Positions 10,477 to 24,900 of a stretch of DNA of 64,000 bases are shown here, piece by piece. The notes beneath the pieces were generated by a model. That model made no database searches and had not been told where the DNA came from. It saw only the letters and a program-made list of their open reading frames with translations. The stretch is taken from NCBI RefSeq assembly GCF_000315625.1, contig NW_005434670.1, positions 744,016 through 808,015 on the forward strand. The letters run 5' to 3'. The DNA comes from Guillardia theta CCMP2712 (Eukaryota; Protista; Cryptophyta). A program made the position numbers and the translations under genes. The first letter of the stretch is position 1; every line of letters begins with the position of its first letter.

Positions 10477-13400
10477 ATGCGCTTCACGCGACTAGTGGGG
10501 AGGTTGAGTGGCAGGGGGGAGAGGAGCTGCGAAGTGCCGATGCTGGTGTTGAGGACAAGGCTGAGAAGCGAGGTGAAGACTGCGGCCTCTCGTCTCACCC
10601 CTCATGCTTCTTATGCAGGATCATATGGACGTTCGCCGGCAAACCCACTGGCAATGGTCGACGAAGCCGCTGGGAACATCTCCTGCCCCGCTGCTACGGA
10701 GGGCAATGCCTCCCTTTGGAGCTGTGCAACTCATTTCGAACAGGAGAGATGTAGCGTGCCGCAATGTTCGCTGGAGGTCGGATCAAGCTCATGTGATGAG
10801 CAAAGATACGGCTGATGCAAAACCCCACAAATCCCTCCTGATGCACGATCCCAGCAAAGGCTCTTTGATAGACAGACAACTCAACTCATGGGTCAGGAGG
10901 ATTTACAAGGTGACGGCAAGATTGTCTTGCATCGTCTCCTGACGAGAGGGCAGGATAAGGTGGTGCCGAAGGGGGCTGAGATCATTCAAAACTTGGTTCA
11001 CTACCTGTGGCCAGAAAATAAACCAGAGATGAGGATGCGAATCTTGGCTTCCATGGTCGAGCAGACAGCAGACATGTGAGAAGAGACAAGAGCCTGACTT
11101 GACATGTGTAGGCGTGTCTGGTGGGGGCAAAGCTGGTCAACATTCAGGTTCCTTTCTTCTTCAAGTATGTCATCGACGGCCTCCAAGGTGCTTTCCTCTT
11201 CCCCGCCAACCCCACGCCCTTCTCTACTCCCGTCCCCGTTGCTCTTCACTGTATCCCTGCGATGGATGGACCTCTCTCCTGACACTCCAGCAGTTGCAAC
11301 AACGAGCTCGGCGATCCTGCAGGTTTCCCCTCTTCAACGTCGGGTGTTATCCTGAGCCTTCCCCTGAGTAGCTACCGGTGGTGATGATGCTGGGATATGG
11401 AGTAGCAAGGTCAGCACCCGGGTCCTTATTTCTCCTTTGCTCTTCTTCTCCTGTCCTACTCTCCACCCCTCCTCCCCTCCTCCTGTTCTCTCCTCTCTTC
11501 CTTTCGTTCTCTTGTCCCCTCTTCCCGCACATTTCTCACCCTCCCTATGAGCAGGATTGGGGCGTCTGCCCTTACTGAACTGCGGACGGCTATCTTCGCC
11601 AGCGTCGTCCAGGCAGCTGTCCTTCGAGTCTCCGACAATCTGGTCTGACGGCTTGTGCGGCAACAGCATGCCATCCGGAAGATCTCGTTAAATGTCTGCA
11701 TCCTCTCACCACTTGCCAGCCCTGACCCCCTTCAGGTGTTCGAGCACGTCCACAAGCTCGACTTGTCCTTCCACCTCAGCCGACAGACTGGGTAGAGGAG
11801 CATCGTGCGACATGCGTAACCACTCACGCCTTCTCCTCCCAGCTCTGTCGCGCGGATCATGGAGAGGGGGACGAGGTGAGTTGGGCAGAGGCAGAGCGGA
11901 ATCGCTGCTTGCTCGTTCTGATTGCGGTGAACCCGCTCACAGGGGAGTGTCGTTTGCCCTCAATGCTCTCCTCTTTCAGATTGTGCCCACCGGTTGCCTT
12001 CAAATTTGACATCTCCACTTGAATTGAATGACGAGCTGAGAAGGACTTGAGATCGGACTAGTCGCTGGAATCCTCTCCTACAACTTTGGAACAGGTTGGT
12101 CAGGAGGGAAAGGGGTCTTGGGCCGCTGAGATGCTTGGCAGTCTACGGGGTCATAACCATAGGCACTGTGGCTGCTTTTGCTGTCTTCACTGTTCGGGTT
12201 GCTGCATTAGCCATGATGGTGCGAACGTTCCTGACGAGATTGCCAGGTGAGCCAGAGGAGAGTTGAGATCAGAAAGAAGATGAACGCGATGGAGAACGAG
12301 GCGTCCGCAAAGGTCGGTCTCTGGGGGGAGAGAGCAAGTGCGCTGATGACGTGGCGTCCTCTACACCACAGGCAGTTGACTCACTCATCAACTTCGAGAC
12401 TGTCAAGTACTTCAACAACGAGGCTCACGGTGATCGGCTCTCTTGCTCCCTCGGAAGAATCTCTAACCGGGATTGCAGAACTGAGGAGATACGATGACTC
12501 CCTCCGGTGTGCTAGGTGCGCGAGGCTGCTCCCTGCCTGACCTGCCGCCCCAGAGGGTTCGAGAAAGCTTCAGTCGAGACCCAGACTTCCTTGTCTTGGC
12601 TCAATTTCGGGCAGGTTGTCACGTGCCTTGCAAACCCTCCCACCCTCCTCCTCCTCCTCCTCCTCCTCCTCCTCCTCCTCCTCCTCCTCCTCCTCCTCCT
12701 TCTCCTCCACATCCTCTCTCCCTCCCTCTTCTTCTCTGGGTGACCTCTGCTCGTCTCCTCCTACTGCTCTTATTAACTACCATGGCAGAGTGCCATCTTC
12801 TCCGTCGGACTCACGGCAATGATGGTCGTCTCTGCTCAGGTAGGGAGTCCAGGAGCAGCCCGGCTGGTTGGGGGTGACCAGGTTGACAGGGCGTGCTGGC
12901 TGGCACGATGACAGCAGGGGACGTAGTCATGGTCAACGGCCTCCTGTTTCAGGTCTCTTCTCCATCCTCCTGCTGGGAGCGGGTGACGAGCTGTGGCAGC
13001 TTTCTGTGCCCTTGAACTTCCTGGGGACTGTCTACAGAGAGCTCCGGCAGAGCGTCATCGACATGGAGGCGATGTTCGGCCTGCGCGCACAGGTCCTCCT
13101 CCTCCCTTCCCTGCCCCTATCTGTCTGCTCCTTGCTTCCAACTTCTCCTCAGTCTGTACCCTTCTCTTCACTCCACTCCACCTCTTTGCTTGTCCCTGTC
13201 TCTCCCTCGGGCCGCTGCTCTCCTACCTCTTCGATCAGCTGACAGGCGCCATGGCAGAAACCTGCTGTCTCCGCGGCTAATCTCGCTCCTCCCATCAACG
13301 TCACCAAGGGTAAGATAGTCTTCGACAACATCCGCTTCGGATATGGAGACGGAAGAGAGGTACTCCTTGCCTCCTCCTTGCCTTTTCCTCCCTCTCCCTG

Positions 13401-13591
13401 CGTCTTCCGCTCCTCTTCTCCTTGCCTGTGCTCCCTACCAGCCTTGTTCGCTCCCTCACTCGCTAGCAGGTACTTCGGGGCGTCTCTTTCACAGTCGAAC
13501 CGGGTCAGACCATCGCGATTGTCGGGCCATCAGGATGCGGCAAGTCAACCATTCTCCGCCTCCTGTTTCGGTAAAAGCATCTACCTCCTGA

Positions 13592-13623
<32 letters not shown>

Positions 13624-14677
13624 CTGCTCCTCCTCCTGCTCCTCCTCCTGCTCCTCCTCGCTCCCAACAGCTCAAAAATGACGGTTTCGCAGGTTCTACG
13701 AGCTGAATGAGGGGAAGATCTTGATTGACGAACAGGACATACGGGATGTGGACGTCCAGAGCTTGCGGTAAGAATGCAGCAGAAGGGGGAGGGAGAGAAG
13801 AAGTGGAGAGGAGGGAAGAGGAAGGGAAGAAAGTTTGGACAAGAATCTTCACACTCTTGACAGTGAAATCATCGGGGTAGTGCCGCAAGATACAGTGATG
13901 TTCAATGACTCGCTGCGTTACAACGTTCTCTACGGGCGGACGGATGCAGGAGAGGTGAGAGGGAGAGGTCCCCTCCCTGCCTTCTCTTTCATCCCCTGCT
14001 CCTCCTCTCTCCTCTGCCCCTTCTCATCCTCCTCCTCTTGATGAATCCTCCTCTGCATATCCGTTCTCTGCCACCACATCCTCTCACCTCCTTTCTCCTC
14101 TTTCTCGTTTTCTCTCCCCCTTGCTCCCTCCTCTTTCAGCGCTCCCTCCGTGTGCTTCATGATTTCTGCGAGTAGCCAGAGCTGCAAGAGGCCCTCAAGC
14201 TTGCCGCCGTCGACAAGATTGTCAATGTGCTGCCGCGGGGCCTCGACTCGGTGGTGGGGGAGCGAGGGCTGAAGCTGAGTGGAGGAGAGAAGCAGCGAGT
14301 TGCTATAGCGCGCACAGCTTTGAAGAAGGCCAAGGTGAGTGAGGAGGAGCAGGACAAGGAGAACAGGGAGAGAGGGAAGGAGAGCCCAACGGTCAAGAGG
14401 AGTAGAACGTTCAAGAGGAGTAGTGACTCGGGATAAGAAGGGGGCGGGAGGAGGAAGGGAGGGAGGGAAGGGGGGGACAGTAGGAGCCACGACGAGGAGA
14501 GAGCAAGGATGGTGTCTCCCTGCTCTCATAGGGTGATGCTTCAGATTCTGTTGTGCGACGAGGCCACCTCGGCGCTTGACAGTCACTCGGAGTCGCACAT
14601 CCTCTCTGCCCTCTACAAAGTCTCTGATGGCATCTCAACCATCGTCATCGCCCACAGGCTCTCTACTGTAGTAAGTC

Positions 14678-14714
<37 letters not shown>

Positions 14715-15031
14715 CTCCTCCTCCTCTTCATTGACTCATTGCGCAACGAAAGCTCACAACTAATCCTTCTCTAGGTTTCAGCAGATCAAATCATCGTCCT
14801 GAACAACGGAGAGGTCCGTCAACCTCATCTCACTCTGCTTTCTCCTCCCTCTGCTCTCTGCTTCCTCCGCTTCACTTCACTTCTTCGCCTGCTGCGTTCC
14901 TTGCTACCCTCCTCCCTAACCATCAGCTGTTGACCATGGAGCAGGTGGCTGAGAAGGGCTCGCACCAGGAGCTGCTTACTCGCGAAGGCCTCTATGCGGA
15001 TATGTGGCGCAAGCAAGCACAAACACCCTGA
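10477..15031 (+). CDS. ABCB7: Mitochondrial ABC half-transporter ATM1/ABCB7 (Fe-S precursor export); about 28 introns
   Basis: Arg-rich presequence; spliced product contains [25 protein letters not shown]|HAIRKISLN|[56 protein letters not shown], Walker [49 protein letters not shown]; stop TGA 15029-15031. Confidence 0.93.
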
Positions 15032-15129
15032 GGCCAGCAGGACGGGAGCACCAGCAGCAGCTGAGAAAGATGTGAATCGGACGGCAGGTTTATGAATGTC
15101 GTGTGGTGAATGAGTCAATTATCCTCCTC

Positions 15130-18100
15130 CTCCCTTCCCCGCTCAGGCTCTGTCGCTTCGCCTCCTGAGGCCTCTGCGTCAGGCAGACCGACAGATCTTC
15201 ACCTCTTACCTCCTCCCGCATCTGCAAGCGAATCGCCTCCACGAACTGATGCAAGCTGACAACAAGTCATCCTCCTCCTCCTCCTCCTCCTATCACCTGC
15301 TCTCGTCAAGGACTGGACCTCCAAACCAAGAAAGCCATCCGCCCTGCTGCTGCCCGGATGTGAGACGGAGGATACGAGTGTGTGGGAGAAAACGAGAACA
15401 ACAGGGAGGTGGGAGAAGCACGGGGATGTGCTGATACCGAGCAAGGAGCACTCATGGTGACGGAAGAGGTCGCGAGACTGCCCGTCTTCTCCTCCTGCAC
15501 CTCCTGCGCCTCCTCCGGGTCACGGGAGAAGAATTTGAGCTTGTAGCTGCTTCCTCCTTCAGCAGGCAGCTGTCGAGCCTCCGTCACCTTCTCCTCGTAC
15601 AAGAGGGGGAAAAGAAAGAGGCAAGAGAGTAGAGGAAGAGGAGGTGGAAGGCGGCTAGGGAGTAGAGGAGGCAGGAGAGGACGATGAGCAAGGAGGAGGA
15701 AGAGGAGGAGGAGACGGGGAGGCTGCTAGGTGGGATGTGGCTGGGGAGCGGAGAGGGGAAAGGTCGAAGGGGAGCTAAGGAGGGTCTTGCCGGGTCGGAG
15801 AGAGCAACGATATTGGCGAGATCCACGCGGAGATGGCAGGAGCGCAATCGGCTGCCTGCCAAGGAGACGGAGTCGAGGTAGAAGAGAAGCTCCCTGAAGA
15901 GATACGGTTGAGCTCTTGCGGAAGGAAGATAAGAGGACTGGGGAGGAGGAGGGCGTACTGGGAGGGTAGTGAGGGGGACAGGATCGGAGGGAGATGAGAA
16001 AGGGAGGAGCTGGACGAAAGGGAGGGGAGCAACTTGAAGGACTTGGTGTGGGAACGGCAGAGGAGCTGTCTCGTCACCTTCTGCCGCCGCGGAGGAGGAG
16101 GAGGTTGTACACAAAGGGGGATGGCTTTCCGGGGAGGACGCAGACGGCGGTGGTGTGAGAAACAAACTCGCAGTGTCGGCGGAGGACGCTCTCAGCTCCT
16201 ACCATCCCCTCCAGGAAGAACTTGGCCTTCTCCGAGGACACATGCGCCTGCTCCCTCTCCATCACCTGCGGGACATCATGAGTAGATGCGGAGAGGATGC
16301 AGCTGCAGAGGGAGGGGAAGTCAGGATGCAGAGAGATGTCAGGGAGATTGAGCAGGAGGAGGCTGAAGGAACGGATGTGGATGGAGGACAGTGGGGACGA
16401 GGACAAGGAGGACGAGGGGAGAGGGAGAGGGTGAGGGAGAGGGAGAGGGAGAGAGAAGGGGGGGGGGAGGAAGAGGAGGAGGGGAGGGTGAGGAGGAAAT
16501 CATTGTTGATGCCATTCACCTTCTGGTTCAACATTCTTGTCTCGTCCTTCACGCGGAAGTAAACCTCGATCACGTCCGGGAGGTCGTCGACCATGCTGCA
16601 GCTCCCTTCCTCCTGCATCCTGCGCAGCTCGTTCACGATCTCCTGCGCTTGCTGCCTCTGGATGGCCCCGTCCTGCTGCTCTCGGAACAGAACGTCGAAG
16701 ATCAGCTTTGGGGTGATGGATGAGGACGAGAACGTCTGGTGAGGATCGTGAGAGCCGACGGCTGCCTCTGCGAGGTCGCGGAGGAGGAGGAGGTAGCGCA
16801 TCGACCGCTGCAGCGGCCATGCCAAGAGGTCAACCAGCCGTTGCCCCGAGAGCCCGACCTTGCTCCCCATCCTCTCCTCCACCTCCTCCACGAACTTGGC
16901 AAACCTGCCGGACACATTGAGCAGGTTGGGCCTCGCGTGCTTCTCCACCCGGTCGAACTGATGCTGCACGGACTTGATGGCGTAGAGAATGGCGCTGGAC
17001 CTCCCCAGCAGCTGCTTCTTGATCCCCGACAGCCGCGAGCAGTCTTGCACGCAGGTCTCTACCCACCTCCTCACCTCCGCCTCCACCGCCCTCGCGCACC
17101 GCAGGTTCACATCGAGGTCCCCGAAGCACGCGGACCAGCTCCCCTGCTCCTGCTCGTCCTCCCAGTCCTCCCGCTCTCCGACGCTCCCCAGAAGCTCCTC
17201 CAGCCTCCTAACGTACGTCTGCTGACTCCTCAGCATCACCATCGTCCTGAACGTGTAGTCCAGCTGGGCTCTCTGCTCCTTCCCGGTCGCCGTCAGCAGC
17301 AACTTCGAGATCTCCTGGCAGAAGGAGTTGTCTGCAGGGCTGAAGTCCAGCGGGTACTGGAGGGCCGAGCGGTAGAGCAGGAAGAGCAGGACGCCCTCGT
17401 CACCTGAGAAGGGAAACGTCAACCCAGTCGTCCCCCACCTCCCTCCCAGCTGCAGCAGGTTACCTGTATTGATCGCCTCCTCGAGCGCCGACCTCCCTCC
17501 CTCGATCGCTTGCCATGGTTTCAGGCCGATCCCTTCCACCAGCCGCCGCAAACTTCCCCAGTTGCTCCCCTTCACCGCCTCCAGCAGCGCCGTGTAAGCG
17601 TTGGCGTCGGCGCCAGAGAGCGGCTGGTTGGGGTTGTTGACGCGAGGACAGAGAGACTTTCGGATCTGATCGCCGACCCACTCGACCGCCTGCTCGAGCA
17701 CGATCATCAAAGGAAAAGAGAAGAGAGGAAGAAATTTGAAAAAGTAGCGAAGAGAAGAAGAGGGGAGAGGACAGGACAGGAAGGGAGAGGAGAGGAGGGG
17801 AGGCGAGGAGAGGAGAGGAGAGGAGGGGAAGGGAGGGAAGGGGAGGGGACAGGAGAGGAGGGATGGAGCAGAGCATAGCCGCAGAGAGGACGAGAGATCA
17901 CGAGACCTCTTCGAACTCGCTGATAAAAATTCCTTCCACACCCCCCGGGCGGAAGTTGGTCCTCTCAGTGGCGATTCCGATCCTGACAGGAGGGACGTGG
18001 AGGTATCGGATGTAGAGCGCTGTCCTGCGGAAGGAGCAGCAGCGCTTCTCGTGGGCGAGCCGGAGAAGCACATAGACGAGGCTCCTTCCCAGAAGACTTG

Positions 18101-18876
18101 GCTTGTCCCTGTACAGACCTCCAGCCACCTGCTGCAGCTCTACGAGCCCTAGATGCTCCTCGCTATCGTCACTGCTCCCCTCCTGTTCATCCTGTTCCTC
18201 CTGCTCCTCCTGCTCTTCTTGCTCTTCCTGCAGCCTGTCATGCTTTGCCACATCCTTGTCCTTGGGTGCCGCTGCCTTCAAGACACGCAGAATTCTCTGG
18301 CATGCTATGACAATCTGTTTTGCCTTTCCTTCGGGAGTTTTTTGCTGTGAGATCGAAATCATGCAGATTCACAAAAACTATCTTCATGCAGAATCACAAA
18401 TCACATCTTACATGATGCGTAACACAAGTTGCATCAGTCATCATTCTTGTAACAAGGCACACAAGTGCATCTTATCAAGACCAACCCAACCATAGGCATC
18501 TTTGCTCATCTCCTCATCCACCATCTTTCACTCTTGAGTGTAATGGATCACATCACATCCTTACCATCTCCATCTCCACCAGACTTTCTGCTGCTCCCTC
18601 GTAAAACTTCGGTTCGGACTCGTCCTTCTCCTCCATCGCCCACTCAGGAATCTCCAGGAACTGCAGCAGCTTCCGCCTCCCTGCCGCGTCCCAACCGAAC
18701 GCTGGCAGGCCGATGGTGAGCTGCATTTCTTTCTCGCTCTCAATCTGAACGAGCAGGTCAGGTCAGAGCAGATGTGAAGAAAGGAGAAGAATAGACAGAA
18801 GGAGAAGGGGGCAAGGGGGGGTTGGAGGACACGGAGGACGAGAACGAGAACGAGGACGAGGACGAGGACGAAGAGT

Positions 18877-18908
<32 letters not shown>

Positions 18909-21900
18909 CTCACCGAGGCAAACAGGTGCTCCATCATGGGCCACAGCCGAGTGAGGATAAGCGAGTTCACTGACTGCTCAATCACGTCTGACTCGACCTT
19001 CCCGCGGAACAGGAACACGTCCATCGCCCTTGCCCTGCTGCTGCCACCCTGACCGCCCTCTTGCCAGACCCGCGCGCTCATGAGCTCGAGCACGCAGTTC
19101 CTGCGGAACGACTCGATCCTGTTCACAACGTCCTCAACGGCTCGGAGGGCAGCATCAAACTTCGCTCCTCGCGGGATGGACCGCGACTGAGGGCTGAGGA
19201 CCTCCTCGAACTCCTCGTAGAAAGATGCAAAATTTCCCAGGATGGACCGGTCATGCATCCTCCCTTGCGAGAACTCTGTGGGAAGCTGGGTGATGGCGAA
19301 GGTTGAGTCGATCTGCTGCAGTGCCGAGCGGATCGGCTGGAAGTCAGGATGGAAACGCGGTGAAACTTCGTGCAGGAACTGCATCAAGGTCCTCAGGTGG
19401 AGAGCAGGAGGCAATGAGGAGGACAAGCAGCTGCAAAGCTCCTCCTTGCCCCCGCAAGATTCGATGACCTGACTGAGGGGAGGGGAGCAGCCGCTCCCAG
19501 CCTCAGCAAGCTGATCCAGCAGGGAGTCGGCGACCTCGGAGGAGAAGAGCTGTAGCTGGCAGATGTCATCAGCCAGGAGCATGAAGAACTGGTTGAGATG
19601 GACTTCATAGCAGTCCGTGAGGAGCTTCACGTCCAGAGGGAAGTGACCGAAGGACGAGGTGAGCAAGGACCGCAACCCGAAGCTCTCTTCAGCGTCGGAG
19701 CGGAGGAAGCTGTCGGCCCCGCGGCTGCGATCATCGCGCTCCTCCTCGAGGCCCCCGAAGAGGATGACGAGAGTCTCCTCGACTTCCCTGAGCTGCCCGC
19801 GCCTACAACGGGCGGCACAGAAGGCTCCGACGAGTTTCGATCGGAACTTGTGCAGGACTTGAACGCGCTCCATGTGCGCCAGGTAGAACTTGATCAGTTG
19901 GCGGAGGCGAAGGCTGTACGCTGATCGGACTGCTATGATGTCTCGCAGACTTGACGTCTGACGCCCGACAAGGTTCGGGTACTTGTCACCATCACTATCA
20001 TCGCAGCTCCGGCATGAGATGGAGGCAAGAGGGCTATCCTGGCCCTCTCGCGGCCAGTACTGCACCATCCCCGGCCTCCTCTTGCGCCTCGAGTACCTCC
20101 AGACCTGCTCGCGCGGCTGGTAGACCTCGACGACGGGGAGGCGTATCTGAACGCTCCTCCTCGCACACGCTTGCAACATCGAGACTTTCATGTGAAGATC
20201 CTCCGGCCAGAACATTCTGCAGAGCTGAGACGTAGAATGGTCGTCCACAGAGCAGCTCTGATCCCCCTGCTCTTCCTGCTGCCCCTGCTCCCCGTGCTCC
20301 TGCTTGCCTTTCTCCTTCCGGATAAGATTGCGAATGAGCGTCTCAGTCATGCTGCTCTTGAGCTCTCTCATGACATCGTCCATGGACACCGACGATGCTT
20401 CTCTGCGTTCAGCTGCATGACCAGCGGCACGAAGACGAACGTCGGAGATCAGGCGGTAGGCGGGGGAGACATTTGGTCGCTCGCTCATCGCTGCTTTCGG
20501 CCTGGTAGAGGAGCAGAGCAGGACGTCGTTGACAGAGAGCGTCAGAGGAGGCTTCGACAGCCAGTCGTCCTGGAACGCGTCCGCCGACACAAGGAGCATG
20601 AGCTCATCGTCGTCCGGAGCCTCACAGTCTCTCAGGTCCTGCTCCTGCAGCGCTTCCTCGCGGATCCCCTTGAGACTGTCCAGATCGATGAAGGAAGAGC
20701 GGCTAAGCCTGAGGTGGCGGCGAGCAACCGCGACGAAACTCCTCCAGCGGGTGACGTCAAGGCTCGTGTTGATCCTCGACAAGATCCACTCAACGGCACT
20801 CCCGTCACCTTCAGGCACAGCGGTGAAGAGAACTTTGAGCCCGGGACATGATCCTCCGCTCTTGGCACGAGCTGCGAGGGCCCTGGAGAGGAGGATCAAG
20901 TTGCACGGGTGACAACTCTGCGACCAGCCCAGCACAAACACGTGAAAGATCCCCTTGTCCAGGAAGAAACTCTGCGCGGTCCCCAGCACCTGGTCCACCG
21001 ACTTCTCGCCGGATCCTCCAGCCTCCGCATGAGGAGAGAAGCAGTGGATTGCTAGCGAGTTGTTGACGTCAGCAAGCAGGAGGGTACGCGATGCTTCGCT
21101 GCGGTCCTTGACCTTTCCTTCCTCCGTCCTCTCCTCAGGTGGAACGATGCCGAACGTCTGCTCCAAGATGTCGCGGGTGATGGTCTCGTCCGAGGACCAA
21201 ATGGCGACAGGAAGTAGTTTGGAGCTCTGGGAACGTAGGAGGAAGATGATGACAACCACCCACAAGTAGTTGAGGACGATCTTCTTGTCCATGGCATCGA
21301 GGTACTCAAAGTAGTGCTCCTCGTCCACCAGTCTCTGCCACGAGTCTGACTTGGACAGCTCCTGCACGAACACGGAAGGATGCATCAAGACGTCCTGGGC
21401 ACGTGTCAACCCTCGACCTCCCGAGCAGCTCCTCACCTGCAGCTCTTCGCGGGAGTCTGTTCCCAGGTGGGAGACGAGATGATCGAGGATCCTGCAGGCG
21501 ATGGCCTCCTCGAGGTAAAAGGCGAGGCTGCTGATCTTCTTAGTGTCAATCTTGATCGCCTCTGCAAGGTGCAGAAGTTTCTCCTCGTACACCCCGTCGA
21601 TGGTGCAGCGGGCCTGCCAGCTAGCGCGTCATCCACCGCCACATGGAGCAGCAGCCCAGCACCTGCATGTGGGTTCCCACCATGGAAGTCGCAAACATGC
21701 CAGCGACTGCGTGTGAGGGAGTCACGTAGGAGGCGATTGTCGGCATCATGGTGGCAGCGGCGTAAGGAGCGAGGAGACAAGTCCCTGCCATGATCGTCGC
21801 GCCGGCGGTGATGGCGAGGGTCAGCCCCATGACCTGACGGAACCTCGGGCTGAGCAGAGAGGTCAGAGTTTGAGCATGCGAGGTGCGGCAAGGGACCTCC

Positions 21901-24900
21901 GGTCCATCGAGAGCGAGAGAGGACGGTTCAAGAACTCCTCGATGAAGTCTGCCTGCTCCTTGAAGTCTGCCTGGATGCTGCAAGACACGTTCATCTCCCC
22001 CTCGTGACCTCTACAAACCTCCTCTCACCCTTGCAGACCGACAGTGTTGGCCTCCTCCTCCTCCTTCCTACCCGAGCTCGGGTGCGGGTCCACCCCGCCA
22101 AGGCTCAATGTCTGCATGAAGTCTCGGAACTGACTGCGAGTCTTCTCCTCGAGGTTTTGTGCCTCGCTGACGAGGAGGCTGAGGAGGTGGGCCGTTGACT
22201 TCCCTTTGAAGGCCTGAAGGACCTCCGACCTGTCAAAGAAGGAGCAGCGGCAAAACCGAACTTTGTTCTCGTTCTCCTGCGGCTGCTCAGTCTGTGTTGC
22301 CAAGACTGCTGCCAGTGAGGCACCTGGCTCAACAAGAAGATCGACTCGTCGGAGCAGCGCTGGTGGTAACGGCGGTATGACTTGGACGAGCCCAAGATCT
22401 CCTGCCGCTGCCAGGCGCTGGTCAAGACGCTTTTGACACTCTCGTCTTGGATCCTGCGAACAAGTCAGCAGGCGGCAGCTCGTCAGAGTCACTTGTCACT
22501 TCTCAAAGGGAGGGGGAAGACCCTTGAACTGCTCGACGTCGTGCGCCTCGCAAACAACCTCCACCTGCACCTCTCGTGACCGTCGGGAGTGACAGGACGC
22601 AGGGCTACCTCCCGCGTGCATGTTCCAATCAGACGAGCTCTGACCCGCCCTACTACCCTGCCGAACACACCGCTGCACCTGCAGAGATCTGAGAGGGACG
22701 AAGGGAGGAGGATGGAAGGGGAGTGAGGAAGGGAAAGAGCGACAGCGAGGCTGAAGACAAAGAGGAATGGCAGAGGGAGAAAGGAGGAATATTTCATCTC
22801 AGGAATGCACAAAAAAGGCAACCTTGCACTGATGCAATGACTGTCCCAGCTCTTGGGATCTATTTCCATCCACGTCCACCACTGTCCTCGGCTCTTGCTC
22901 TCTCCTCTCTTCCCTTCTGCAGGATCTCCATGCCCATCCACGATTAGCTGGATCGCCTCGACGTAGCCCATGTTGTGACCTCTACGTGTCATGATGAGGA
23001 AGGGAAGAGGATTGAACACAACATCACCGTATAGACAAACTCAAGTAGGTCTTATTGAACTCCTTCAAGCACAAACACCTCGCGTCGTGTGCAAGAACTT
23101 GACATGCAAGAGACCTCTCCGAGTACAAGGTCCTGGTGTTTGGCCCCTACCGAAGGGCTTAGTAGACGTTCTCGAACAAGAACATTACCGTAATTTCCTT
23201 CAATCTTGCTTTCTGCCACTGGGAGGTATTGATCCATTCCCAGATCGAATTCAGATACTGAAAACACCGTCATGTCAATTGAAGCAGACAATAGGAGTCA
23301 CATACCATGCCGATGTGATTTTGACAGAAGATACTTGAGATTGATTCCATGTGCAGATTCTGCCAGATCAATTACGAACATGAACCGGAACAAAACTGAT
23401 TCAATTGCCTCTTTCTCTGAAAAGATTTCCTTGAATATTTGGTACGATTCTTGCGCTTCAGTATGCAGCACTGTAACATTCTCCCTACCAAATAGCATGA
23501 ATGCGCTAGTCCAACATTTCCCAGCTCACCTCGCGTGCTTGAAATATGGGAACTGCACAACCCATCGACGGACGGCATCTATGTCTGTCTGCCGAAAGAT
23601 CCGCAAGGCTTCATGATTCTTCTGCACGCTTGACGAGCATGTTGCATCCTGTGCCAGCTGGCTGGAGGAGCTCGAGATCGAATCGGAGAAGATCCAATAC
23701 TTCCCCAACGCGCAACCTTCATGCAGTGAAACCTACGCAAGGGTCAGGATCAGAGGCGCCAGGCGCAAAGGAGGACCTGGGCCACTTGATCCTTGACGCG
23801 ATGAAGAAGATCTTGGTGACTCGTGCTCTTGGCTGACTGGCTCGTCGAAGAAGACCTCGATGAATCCTCGGAGTCTGCTGTATCGCCGCCAATATCCATC
23901 TCCAGAGATTCTTCGCCTGCCATGACGGAAGTCGATGGGGTTCTGTTTGCAAACTTCGCCCTGGTCGCGCGAGAAGCCACTACGTCCGCCTGTTGATCGG
24001 ACATAGACCCCAAAGATTGAACCAGCTCCTTTGAGAAAGGATGTAGGGTGTAGGGATGGAGCTGATCATTCAAAGATGCCTTGAGACGGTCGATCAACAT
24101 GGACCGATACTTGGCCTTGATGAGCGAGAGAGCCGGAACAACGTCTTCATTCCGAACGACATGCAGGAAGTGAGGACATGGCAGATCTTTGCGTAGATGC
24201 GGAACATTTCTCAGAGAAGGCGCTATAGCCTCCAGGAAACTCATTCTCTCGTCAGGGTCCTTGCTGCACATCACCGGCATACCGTAGGTGAAGCATCGCA
24301 GGCTATCTTTGAGGAGACTAGAATGCCTCTCAAGAAGAATGCACGACGCCTGGAACGCGAGTAATGCAACGAACCCGAACCCACACACGACGATCGAGTT
24401 GGCAGCTGCATAGGAAGCTTTGAGGGCCTTGACCCTCTGACCCTGATACTCAAAGAGCTCTAGCTCAATCTCCGTCACGATCTCCTCTATCAGGTTGGTG
24501 AGAGCAAGGTTCTTGCTCAGCTGGAGCATCTCGGTGACGGTGCAAGACTCCTGCTTCCTGCCGAACCATTTCGAAAACGACGACTCCCTCTCGGACCGAA
24601 TGGAATGCACAACCAGTGAAGGGGGCGCGGCGATCGAGAAGAAGAACGACGGCGATGTTGTGATAGAGGGTTCAGCCCTTGATGCGAGGGAGTAAGATAC
24701 CTTGGTCAGAAAGCACTTGCAACTCTGTGACAAGCTCCGTACACTACGAACTTGCACTCGGCGGGAGGACAGTAACAGTTCCCCAGCTTCTTGGATCTGA
24801 GGGAGGCAGATTGGGCGACCATCCAGGGAGAAGAAGGAATTCTGCTCATGAGACGCTTCCAGGACTAGCAGGCCATCCAGGACATCCCTTGCCTCCCTTG

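Noticed and set aside
16391-21793. Numerous 100-220 aa plus-strand ORFs (similar ones at 4129-5595 minus and 41242-42186 plus)
   Set aside because: Antisense shadows of GC3-rich real genes; no motifs.
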